Made by a program: the position numbers and the translations under genes. Shown one piece after another: positions 17,750 through 26,143 of a stretch of 64,000 bases of DNA. The stretch's first letter is position 1; each line of letters opens with the position of its first letter. The stretch covers positions 1,248,001-1,312,000 of the forward strand of contig OZ223236.1 in the NCBI GenBank assembly GCA_965140445.1, read 5' to 3'. The notes under the pieces are model-generated. The model saw only the letters and a list, made by a program, of their open reading frames with translations, made no database searches and was not told where the DNA came from. This stretch comes from Candidatus Ozemobacteraceae bacterium. GTDB lineage: Bacteria; Muiribacteriota; Ozemobacteria; Ozemobacterales; Ozemobacteraceae.

Positions 17750-19450
17750 ATGACTATTGAAAGTTACACCATCGTTCCAAAAGTTGATGAAACTCAAGAG
17801 TTTATTGAAATTGCAAATGATTTTTCAAATCCATTAGATCTTGTAAGAGAAGCGATAAGCAATGCCTACGATGCTAAGGCGACTCAGATCAAAATTAAGT
17901 TTGAGGTCTTACAAGATTATGGCGAATCTGTTCTAACAATATCTCTTGAAGACAATGGGTCTGGAATGGATAAAAACGGGCTCCAGTCTTTCTTTGACTT
18001 AGGAAACTCTCTTAGACGAGGTGATTCGGAAACAATTGGTGAGAAGGGACATGGGACAAAGGTTTACTTTAACAGTAAAAAAATAGAAGTTACTACATGG
18101 AAAAATGGAATAGAATACAAAGCCTGTATGAATGAGCCTTTCAAGAACCTATTCGATAGAAAAATTCCATGCGTGGATGTGGTTGAATCTAAATGCGAAA
18201 CCAACTCATCAGGCACAAAAATCAAAATTACTGGCTACAATAATAATCGCAGAGAAAAATTCACGCATGAAATCTTAAGAGACTACATTATTTGGTTTAC
18301 TAAACACGGTTCAGTAGAAAAAGCCATTTGTCCAGAAAAATATAATACTTCACTGCATTTACAAGGTCTTGGCAGAGAAAACTATGAAAAAATAGAATGG
18401 GGACATTTTTTTCCCAAAAATAGCAAAGATATAAATAAGCTTTTAGACACTTATTTAACAAGTGCACCTAATTACTATTCAAAAAAAATAATTAAATCAG
18501 GCTCCCTTAAAAACTATCCTGAGATACATTACGATGCTATCTTTTGTATAGAAGGCACAAAAATAAAATATGAATATAACGATATGATTAGAAGAAGAGG
18601 TTATAGTGCGCCTAGAGGAGCATACACAATTCAAGAGCGCTATGGTCTTTGGCTAACCAAAGACTTTATTCCAATCCAAAGGAAAAATGAGTGGATTACA
18701 TACAAGGGATCTGAATATACCAAATTTCATGCCTTTTTCAATTGCCAAGCACTTAGGCTTACAGCTAACAGAGGCTCCGTTGAAAATACGCCGTCTGAAA
18801 TCTTGCAAGATATTCAAGATGAAATACGAAAGATTTATAATGAAATTGTTCAAAGTGATGATTGGGCAGCTGTGGAATGGCTGGAAGATGAAGCAAGTGC
18901 TCATCAAACAACAGAAAGAGAAAAAAAGAATTTTGAATGGAGATTAAAAAAAGTAAATCGCTCCAATGTTGCAAAATATAAAGACCTTACACTTGTTGAG
19001 CCTGAAAGAGAAAGTGGTGTATTCTCAATTTTTCTTCTACTATCAACTCTCGAATTGGATCTATTCCCATTCCAGATCATTGATTATGATACCCATGATG
19101 GAATTGATGTAATTGCTAAAGGTGACAAAAAAACGCCAATAGCAAGTGCAAAGCTATATTATGTTGAATTTAAAAGAATGCTAGAAAAAGGTTTTAATCA
19201 TTCATTTGAAAATTTACATAGCATTGTTTGTTGGGAAACAGCCATTAAGCACGATGATATTCTAGAAGATATCAATAAAGAAGAAAGAAAAATGCAAATT
19301 TTATCCCCACAAAGTGAAAATGACTACACCCACTATTATCTTGATAATCCAAGGAAAGCCCATAAAATTGAGGTTTTTGTTCTAAAACAATACCTAAAGG
19401 AAAAGCTAAAAATTGAATTTGCTCCTAGAACCAAAGACGCGGTAATTTAA
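17750..19450 (+). CDS. GHKL (MORC-like) ATPase with putative C-terminal PD-(D/E)XK nuclease
   Basis: REAISNAYDA, EDNGSGM, IGEKGHGTK, SGT; C-terminal GIDVIAK...YVEFK..FNHSF...IVCWE. Confidence 0.75.
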   Translation: MTIESYTIVPKVDETQEFIEIANDFSNPLDLVREAISNAYDAKATQIKIKFEVLQDYGESVLTISLEDNGSGMDKNGLQSFFDLGNSLRRGDSETIGEKGHGTKVYFNSKKIEVTTWKNGIEYKACMNEPFKNLFDRKIPCVDVVESKCETNSSGTKIKITGYNNNRREKFTHEILRDYIIWFTKHGSVEKAICPEKYNTSLHLQGLGRENYEKIEWGHFFPKNSKDINKLLDTYLTSAPNYYSKKIIKSGSLKNYPEIHYDAIFCIEGTKIKYEYNDMIRRRGYSAPRGAYTIQERYGLWLTKDFIPIQRKNEWITYKGSEYTKFHAFFNCQALRLTANRGSVENTPSEILQDIQDEIRKIYNEIVQSDDWAAVEWLEDEASAHQTTEREKKNFEWRLKKVNRSNVAKYKDLTLVEPERESGVFSIFLLLSTLELDLFPFQIIDYDTHDGIDVIAKGDKKTPIASAKLYYVEFKRMLEKGFNHSFENLHSIVCWETAIKHDDILEDINKEERKMQILSPQSENDYTHYYLDNPRKAHKIEVFVLKQYLKEKLKIEFAPRTKDAVI

Positions 19451-19459
19451 ATTAGCTCA

Positions 19460-19501
19460 CTCTTTGGTTGTCTAGTCATAAGCGATAGGACAACCGAAGG
19501 G
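19460..19501 (+). terminator. Stem-loop after the GHKL-nuclease gene (possible terminator)
   Basis: ctctttggttgtc ... gacaaccgaaggg, 13-bp stem with G-U pairs; weak U tail. Confidence 0.4.
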
Positions 19502-19686
19502 GATTTTCACTTAAATTAAGGAGAAAATGAAAATACCGGATAATTAACAGTATCTATTTTCATAAAGTCCGTCCTTTGTTTGAATGCGGAAAATACATAC
19601 ATTGACACATAAAAGAAAAATCTTGTAGTTTTGCAGTGGTATTTTAAACAAAAAACACAGTAGAGAAATCTTTAGAGCCCCTAAAA

Positions 19687-20610
19687 ATGCAGAATCAGAA
19701 ATACACAATAACAATCAATGGTCAATTAGAGTTAAATGGTCCAGGTTATTTTTCCATGTTAAAATCTATAGCAGAAATTGAAAGAACAAAAAACGTAAGC
19801 CAAGTTAGCATCGACTTTAAAAAACTTTCGTTTATTAGGCCCGAGGGGCTATCAATTCTTGCAAATATTGTCCAATGGTTACGGTTTCGAGGCTATCAAA
19901 TAGAATTTTTAAACGTTACCCCAACTGAAAGGAAATGGTGTCCGATTAGATATTTGAAGGACTGTAATTTCTTTTCAGAATTTTCTGATATACCTGGCTC
20001 AGTTGAAAAAGGTAATCTTAGGGAGACTACTTTTCCTTTTCAACTAGTAAAATATACTACTAGTAGTTCTTGGGAAGACAGCCTGACCAACTGGTTATCA
20101 AAAGAGGCAAACAAAACAAAAGATTCTTTATTTCCCATTTCCTTATCAACACAGGAAATTTTCAACAACATTGGAGATCACTCTGCTACTGAGATAGGGT
20201 GTGCTTTTGCTCAATTTTTTCCAAAAGAAGGAAAAATTAAAATCGCCGTTTCAGATTTTGGCTTGGGAATTCCAACTGTTCTTAGAGCACACGGCCTTTT
20301 ATTAAGCTCTGATGAATTATCAATTTTAAAAGCTGTTGAAAAAGGTTTTACAACTCAAAGCCAAGAAAACAATAAAGGATTAGGCTTAGAAAACATAGTC
20401 GGCTGCATTGTGGACAAAGGGTTTGGAGAAATTACGATCGTTTCAGAAATGGGAAATGTTAGATTCTTCTATTCAAATCAAACCCAATCGAGAAATTCAC
20501 AATGTTCTAATAATCCTTTCAGATATCCTGGCTCATTATTTATAATTGAGCTATATGTTAATAATATTCCAGATGAAGAATCTGAAATTCAGGAAGAAAT
20601 GACATGGTAA
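19687..20610 (+). CDS. STAS-like + GHKL protein kinase (anti-sigma-factor kinase type)
   Basis: VSIDFKKLSFIRPEGL (degenerate STAS); EIFNNIGDHS N-box, SDFGLGIP G1, NKGLGL G2, YPGS; no His phospho-acceptor domain seen. Confidence 0.8.
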   Translation: MQNQKYTITINGQLELNGPGYFSMLKSIAEIERTKNVSQVSIDFKKLSFIRPEGLSILANIVQWLRFRGYQIEFLNVTPTERKWCPIRYLKDCNFFSEFSDIPGSVEKGNLRETTFPFQLVKYTTSSSWEDSLTNWLSKEANKTKDSLFPISLSTQEIFNNIGDHSATEIGCAFAQFFPKEGKIKIAVSDFGLGIPTVLRAHGLLLSSDELSILKAVEKGFTTQSQENNKGLGLENIVGCIVDKGFGEITIVSEMGNVRFFYSNQTQSRNSQCSNNPFRYPGSLFIIELYVNNIPDEESEIQEEMTW

Positions 20611-22787
20611 TAAAGGTATATGAAAAGGTTGAGCACTGCTCCACCAATGAAGATGGAAAAATAATCTTAGATTTGTTGCAAAAAGTTTTAAGGGAAGAAA
20701 AAAGTAAAAAGATTAAGCTTTCCTTCGAAAAAATCTCACATACCACTTCCTCCTTTCTAAATGTCGCTTTTGGAGGTCTCTTAGAAAATTTCAGTTTAAA
20801 TGAAATCAAAGACAGGTTGATAATTGCAAATGCCAAGCACCACATTGGCGAATGCATTAAAGATACTCTTTTAACCCTCAATAAAAGCAGAAGAAAACTT
20901 TCAATGCGTGTTTCAGGTTCCCTTGTCAAGCACCTCGGCCTTCAAATGTATTCTGGTGCAGTTCCAGCTCTTGCTGAACTTGTTTCAAATGCTTGGGATG
21001 CTATGGCTACAAAAGTACACATTTCTATTCCCCTAGATAAGTCAATAAAACAAATAGAAGAAATTTCTGTTTCTGATAACGGACACGGAATGACTTGGGA
21101 AGATTGCCAAGAAAAATACCTTGATATTGGCCGTGATCGAAGGAAGCTCGATGGAGATTATTCTGAAGATTTTCTTTCAATCCCTAGAAGAAAACTCATG
21201 TCAAGGAAGGGAATAGGAAAATTGGCTGGTTTTGGAATTGCTGACCAGGTTGAAGTCAGAACAATCAGAAATGGGGAAATAACCCATTTTTCTATGAGTT
21301 TTAATGACATGGAAAGTGTTACTAAAAGCTTAAATGAATATTCTCCTAAACCTTTAGAAGATGATGGAAAAAAAACATCTGAACCATCAGGTACAACCAT
21401 AAAACTTAAATACTTGAAACTAAAACGGGCTATTAGCTCAAAAACTTTCTTTAATAGTTTTATGAGAAGGTTTGCAATTTTAGAAGATCCAAATTTTGAG
21501 GTAAAAATCAATAAAACCTCAGTTGATAAAAAGGAATTAGACTTTCAATTTAGATTTCCTCAAGATCAAATTTGGGGAGTTGAAAATTTAGGTGATTACG
21601 GCGAAATAGAATATTGGTTTGGAAGCACCAAAAATCCAATTAAAGATGAAGGCGCAAAGGGAGTTGTAGTATTTTGTAGAGGCAAACTGGCCCAACTCCC
21701 ATGGTTTTTTGACATTCCCACATCTGGTAACCAAGCATACGGACTTTCTTATTTAACCGGTGAAATTAAGGCTGATTTCATAGATGAAGAAAAAGACCTT
21801 ATCTCAACAGATAGAGGTAGTATTCTATGGGATGAAACACCGGCAAGCGAACTAAAAGATTGGGCCCAGAATAAAATTAAAAGTATTCTAAAAATATGGG
21901 TAGAAGAAAGAACTAAGAAAAAAAAAGAAAGACCTATTTTACAAAAATATCTTGGCAAGGCTGCAACTTTACCCAACAGACAAAAGGGATTATATGAAAC
22001 CTTTGTTAAAACATTGGTTAACATCCCTCAATTAGACAAAGATGAAGAAATTTTAGATGAACTCGTAAAGTACGGGTATAACGCTCTAACAAACCAAGGA
22101 TTTTTCGACTTTGTAAAAGAGTTAAATCAATCAGGGGAAAAACTTTTTTCGGAGATTTCTGAATTAATGAAAGAGTGGAGTGTCATCGAGGTAATTTCTG
22201 CCGCTCAAATTGTCAAGGGGCGCGTTGAAGTCATCAATCTATTTGAGAAACTTCTTGATGAAGGGGCTAAAGAAGTTCCTGATTTACACAATTTACTAAG
22301 AAATCATCCATGGTTAATTGATCCTACATGGGACAAAATGGCAGATGAAATTACGCTTGAAAAATTGATTAAAGAAAAGTTTAGAGGGGACTTGAAAACC
22401 CCTGAATTGGCTAAAGACAGAATTGATTTTATTTGTAAGGGTGATGGCGGAAGATTAATCGTCATTGAAATAAAAAAAGGCAACTATCGCTGCACAAACA
22501 CTTCCGAAATAGAGCAATTAAAAAGGTATGTGGATTTTCTCAGAGATCATGAGGACCAAAATCATGACCCTAATAGATCAGGGAGAGAAGTAAAAGGGTA
22601 TTTGATTGCAAAAGAATTTTCTACAACCCTAAATAGAGAGATTGAAAGAATCGCTAAAGATGGAATGTTTGTAAGAAGGTGGTCAGACTTGCTAAGGAAG
22701 GCTAAAGAAGCACATAGAGAATATTTTGCTTTAATGAAAAAGAAACTGCCCGGCGACCCAAGAATTCAGGATTTGGACAAAATTTAA
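20604..22787 (+). CDS. Fusion: DUF4325/STAS-like domain + MORC-type GHKL ATPase + C-terminal PD-(D/E)XK (NucS-like) nuclease
   Basis: aa 1-90 STNEDG...LSFEKISHTTSSFLNVAFG; HLGLQMYS..PALAELVSNAWDA, SDNGHGM, RKGIGK, SGT; HPWLIDP, RIDF..IVIEIKK..QLKRY; overlaps the kinase stop. Confidence 0.8.
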   Translation: MVIKVYEKVEHCSTNEDGKIILDLLQKVLREEKSKKIKLSFEKISHTTSSFLNVAFGGLLENFSLNEIKDRLIIANAKHHIGECIKDTLLTLNKSRRKLSMRVSGSLVKHLGLQMYSGAVPALAELVSNAWDAMATKVHISIPLDKSIKQIEEISVSDNGHGMTWEDCQEKYLDIGRDRRKLDGDYSEDFLSIPRRKLMSRKGIGKLAGFGIADQVEVRTIRNGEITHFSMSFNDMESVTKSLNEYSPKPLEDDGKKTSEPSGTTIKLKYLKLKRAISSKTFFNSFMRRFAILEDPNFEVKINKTSVDKKELDFQFRFPQDQIWGVENLGDYGEIEYWFGSTKNPIKDEGAKGVVVFCRGKLAQLPWFFDIPTSGNQAYGLSYLTGEIKADFIDEEKDLISTDRGSILWDETPASELKDWAQNKIKSILKIWVEERTKKKKERPILQKYLGKAATLPNRQKGLYETFVKTLVNIPQLDKDEEILDELVKYGYNALTNQGFFDFVKELNQSGEKLFSEISELMKEWSVIEVISAAQIVKGRVEVINLFEKLLDEGAKEVPDLHNLLRNHPWLIDPTWDKMADEITLEKLIKEKFRGDLKTPELAKDRIDFICKGDGGRLIVIEIKKGNYRCTNTSEIEQLKRYVDFLRDHEDQNHDPNRSGREVKGYLIAKEFSTTLNREIERIAKDGMFVRRWSDLLRKAKEAHREYFALMKKKLPGDPRIQDLDKI

Positions 22788-22869
22788 CTTTGCATTCTAC
22801 TTTGAAAATAGAATACAATTTAAGTTACCATTTACAAAATGAACTAATTGAAATTTTTAATGGTTTAAC

Positions 22870-23122
22870 TGGGGATGCTCTTGCAATAGGCAGTGCAGAG
22901 TTTGTTGAAGATTTTAAGCAGAAATCAGGTATAAAAGCAAAGTTTAAAACGTCTGAACAACGAAACGAAAGATTTCATTTAAAAGAGCCGGTTTCTTCTT
23001 ACAGCGGCGAAAATCAAGAAGAAATTGCCTTTCTAAGAGAAAAAAAATGCATTTTTTTGGAAGGACAATTAGGAAATGACAACGGTTTTCACAGGTCCGG
23101 CCCCCGAATGCACCCCCGAATG
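22870..23122 (+). pseudogene. 3' remnant of a second RAYT-like transposase with its right end
   Basis: ALAIGSAEFVEDFKQKSG...FHLKEPVSSY...EIAFLR aligns with SIAVGSRAFVESFKDQLG...FFLSEESKPY...NIEFLR of 10068..10847; followed by GGTCCGGCCC-(CCGAATG)x2. Confidence 0.8.
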
Positions 23123-23160
23123 GCCCGGCAGCTTTTTCAAGCCCTGAAAGTTACAGAAGC

Positions 23161-23640
23161 TCAAAAAGTAAAGGATTTCAGCTCGTTTTCTTCCTTGTCA
23201 AAAATTTGAATGTTTAGGGTGTCATCAGGGTTTAGTTGAGTTCGCATACGGATATTGTTGTCTATATCCTTAAGTAAAAATCCCGCTTTATCACCATTGA
23301 GTACATACATACTAACTCTTTCACTTACCTTATCCTTGGCATAAGAATCAATAGTAATTGAAACTGTTCCATCATCTAGAACTACAAATCCACCGTTTTC
23401 ATCTCCGTTCTTATTGAAAAGAATCAACCCACTAGCTGGACTTCTCCTTTGAAAGGTCTTACCTAACACTCTTACATCAGTGCTTGCAGGGTCCAGATGA
23501 ATTCTCTCGACACCATTATTATCAATAACAGTTAGTTTTTTTGTTTTAATTTCAATGTGACCAGTAGACAACATAAAGATAAAAACCCCGATTATTACAA
23601 AGTTGATAACTGAAATTCCAATACTAATTTTGTCTAACAT
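23161..23640 (-). CDS. Hypothetical membrane-anchored beta-rich protein
   Basis: N-terminal TM helix; AAGGAG RBS. Confidence 0.75.
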   Translation of the reverse strand: MLDKISIGISVINFVIIGVFIFMLSTGHIEIKTKKLTVIDNNGVERIHLDPASTDVRVLGKTFQRRSPASGLILFNKNGDENGGFVVLDDGTVSITIDSYAKDKVSERVSMYVLNGDKAGFLLKDIDNNIRMRTQLNPDDTLNIQIFDKEENELKSFTF

Positions 23641-23959
23641 ACAAACGCTCCTTAAATTAGAAATCTCCCCAGTTTTTTACTGCTCTCAAATTTTGTTCTA
23701 GAAACAATTCAGAAAAAAACCGATTATAAGTTATCACTTTTTTCAAAAAAATATTATTTCTTTATCCTTAAGGGTTAGTCTTACTAACATGTAAGATCAG
23801 ACTATTTTTATCAATAAAGATGTCTGATTGATTTAATAGCCCACTAAGCAAAATGAAGTATGAGAAAATAACAAAAAAACCAGGAATAGGCTGCCAGAGC
23901 TTTTCCCCGTTGGTGCTTTAAAAATGAATTCCTCGACAAAAAATCTTCACAAACTAAGG

Positions 23960-24010
23960 CTAAAACGAAAAAAACTTGTTTTACGAGGATTCGTTCGGTG
24001 CGGGGGACCC
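23960..24010 (+). repeat. Diverged third copy of the distal part of repeat A
   Basis: ctaaaacgaaaaa...acgag...tcggtgcgggggaccc versus ctaaaacgaaaaa...acgag...tcggtgccggggac. Confidence 0.55.
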
Positions 24011-24162
24011 GATTTCTTCCCGGAAACAAAACTTTAAAATTCTTTTTGGCTATAATGTTACTAACCCACATTTAAAAAATGACAGCTGGTAGCTGATATT
24101 ATAAGATTGGAGTTGGGGAGAATTGGTTTTTGTAATTTCGGTGGTTGTGAGGAATAAAGCAA

Positions 24163-25296
24163 ATGTCGTTGTCGTCGCTGATTGAGGAAATTGCTCGTAA
24201 GGCGCGGGTTGAGGATTTTGGGTTGACCCGGGCTGAGTTTAAGGAATTGTTGGAACCGGCTTTTTATGCGAGTCTTGAAAAAGATGAGTCGCGGGAAAGT
24301 CGGTTTAGTATCCAGCTTTATAATGACATGCACCTTGAGAATAATGAGATTTCCTCTGACTCGGACTTTTCGTTCTTTCCAGCTGATGAGCCTTATACTT
24401 CAAGGCTAATAAAGAAGATTTGTCACTCCATAAATTATGCTCGCTCCAGAATCATAGTAAAAAAAGTTGGAAATGGCTTTAAAATTGCTGGGCTTTACTC
24501 GCTGGGTTCCAGATTGGAAAACTTTTTGCAGTTTGCGCATATCGGGACAATGGCACCGCCAGAAGCTCTTACTATTTCATTTAACCGACCTGGGTGTTTT
24601 TCTATTCAACAGGGATTGAATTTGATTTTGCGTTTTGAAGGTGGACAGATCCTTGAGCAGCGTGCTCCACATGCTCTTGAGCTGTTTCAGGGTACCTATT
24701 TTCCTCACATTTTTAGCCATGAAATTGGACTGGTTTCTAATGAAGAACCATTGAGCGATGAAGACAGACTGCGCTTAAATGAGTTTTTCTGCGACTTTTT
24801 TACTTCGCTGGTAATCAACACCATGCGCCAGGGACACGGCGGAACCATCGTGCTTTTGTCGGATTTGTCCAATATAGATGAACGGGTCAGGCGAGGGGTG
24901 CAGATTGATCGCAAAAGCGCAGCTGGACTCTTTTGTGAAGCTCTTACCAAAGAAAAAAGCGAATTGATTAATCGCCGCGTTTTTGATTATTCCAAATTCT
25001 TAGCTTCACTTACGGGCTATGATGGGGCGGTTGTGCTCAGTATGGGCTTTGATTTGCTCAGCTTTGGAGCGGAAATCATAACTGGCTCCGAAGATTTAAA
25101 CAATTGCCCGATTGATTTTGATTACTATGCCCACGGAACTCGTCATAGGTCTGCCTTTTCTCTTGCCACACAGGCGCCCGATTCAATTGTAATTGTGGTT
25201 TCCCAAGATGGTGATAACAAGATTTTTGTAAACTACAACGGCCAGGTCAGACTCTACAAAAACGTAGAAAAAGAGCGGGCTGATTTGTTGTTCTAG
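24163..25296 (+). CDS. Diadenylate-cyclase-like (DisA_N/DAC) protein with N-terminal DACNV-like domain
   Basis: AFYASLEKDESRE N-domain; GHGGT, YDGAVV, HGTRHRSA, VSQDG. Confidence 0.78.
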   Translation: MSLSSLIEEIARKARVEDFGLTRAEFKELLEPAFYASLEKDESRESRFSIQLYNDMHLENNEISSDSDFSFFPADEPYTSRLIKKICHSINYARSRIIVKKVGNGFKIAGLYSLGSRLENFLQFAHIGTMAPPEALTISFNRPGCFSIQQGLNLILRFEGGQILEQRAPHALELFQGTYFPHIFSHEIGLVSNEEPLSDEDRLRLNEFFCDFFTSLVINTMRQGHGGTIVLLSDLSNIDERVRRGVQIDRKSAAGLFCEALTKEKSELINRRVFDYSKFLASLTGYDGAVVLSMGFDLLSFGAEIITGSEDLNNCPIDFDYYAHGTRHRSAFSLATQAPDSIVIVVSQDGDNKIFVNYNGQVRLYKNVEKERADLLF

Positions 25297-25420
25297 TCTA
25301 CTTTTCCAAAACTCCTGAAAAATAAGCGTAGCCAGGTTTAAGCAGGGCTAATATTATAAAGCTTTGACCTGCGTGAATGAATGCGCATTGACGCTTCCTG
25401 AAAATAAAAAAAGATTAATG

Positions 25421-25460
25421 TTGACAAAATTAACGCCGACAATTAAATTAACAGTGTTAA
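25421..25460 (+). promoter_or_regulatory. Promoter with palindromic operator, probable TetR autoregulation
   Basis: TTGACA-17 bp-TAAATT; palindrome TTAACAgTGTTAA at 25448-25460. Confidence 0.6.
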
Positions 25461-25503
25461 ATATTAATATTTATGTTAAATAAATAAACGAGGTTAATTT
25501 AAA

Positions 25504-26094
25504 ATGAATAAGAAAGAAATTCAGGAACAAAGAATGCGCGGCTACTTCATTGAAGCCACCAAAGAAATTCTCAAAGGCGAAGGAATAGTTTGTGCCAGCG
25601 TCAGGAATATCGCAGATCGGGCGGGTTACTCCTACGCGACGCTATACAACTACTTCAAAGATGTAAAGGATTTGATTTTTCTCTGCGTTGAAGATTTTCA
25701 GAAAGAATGCGAAGAGCTTGTTAAAAGCGAAACGGCAAAAATTGAGCCGGGAACTGATAAAATCAAAGGAATAATCAAGGCCTACGTTAAGTATTTCATT
25801 CAATACCCAGGGATATTCGATCTTTTCTATCTTGAAAAGATAAACAATATCAGCAATAAAAAAGCTAATACTGATCAGATTTATTCATTTCTCGATGCCA
25901 TCTGCGCAAAAGAGTGGGAATACTGTAAAAAGAACAAAATCTTCAAAGCGGCCGAGATCAATGCAAAAAAAGATATGCTAAGATATACGATTACAGGAAT
26001 GCTGTTATTCTACCTGAATCGCAGACATCCAGATTCTTATGGGGAATTTATGAAAAATATTGATTCCCAACTGAGTTTGATTTTAGAAAACTGA
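25504..26094 (+). CDS. TetR/AcrR family regulator
   Basis: SVRNIADRAGYSYATLYNYFKDVKDL HTH. Confidence 0.92.
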   Translation: MNKKEIQEQRMRGYFIEATKEILKGEGIVCASVRNIADRAGYSYATLYNYFKDVKDLIFLCVEDFQKECEELVKSETAKIEPGTDKIKGIIKAYVKYFIQYPGIFDLFYLEKINNISNKKANTDQIYSFLDAICAKEWEYCKKNKIFKAAEINAKKDMLRYTITGMLLFYLNRRHPDSYGEFMKNIDSQLSLILEN

Positions 26095-26143
26095 TCTGTA
26101 TAATAAAAAAGCATTGAAATTACTTCTCAGAAAAGGGTTCTAT

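Noticed and set aside
19519..19550. Strong RBS followed by a 6-codon ORF (MKIPDN)
   Set aside because: Too short to support; possibly a scrap of a deleted gene
22790..23209. 139-aa ORF as a functional gene
   Set aside because: Chimeric open frame through a RAYT 3' remnant and its end repeats; lacks HUH and catalytic Tyr
5072..25296. Classical integron cassette array
   Set aside because: No tyrosine integrase, no RYYYAAC...GTTRRRY attC pattern recognised, and genes lie in both orientations
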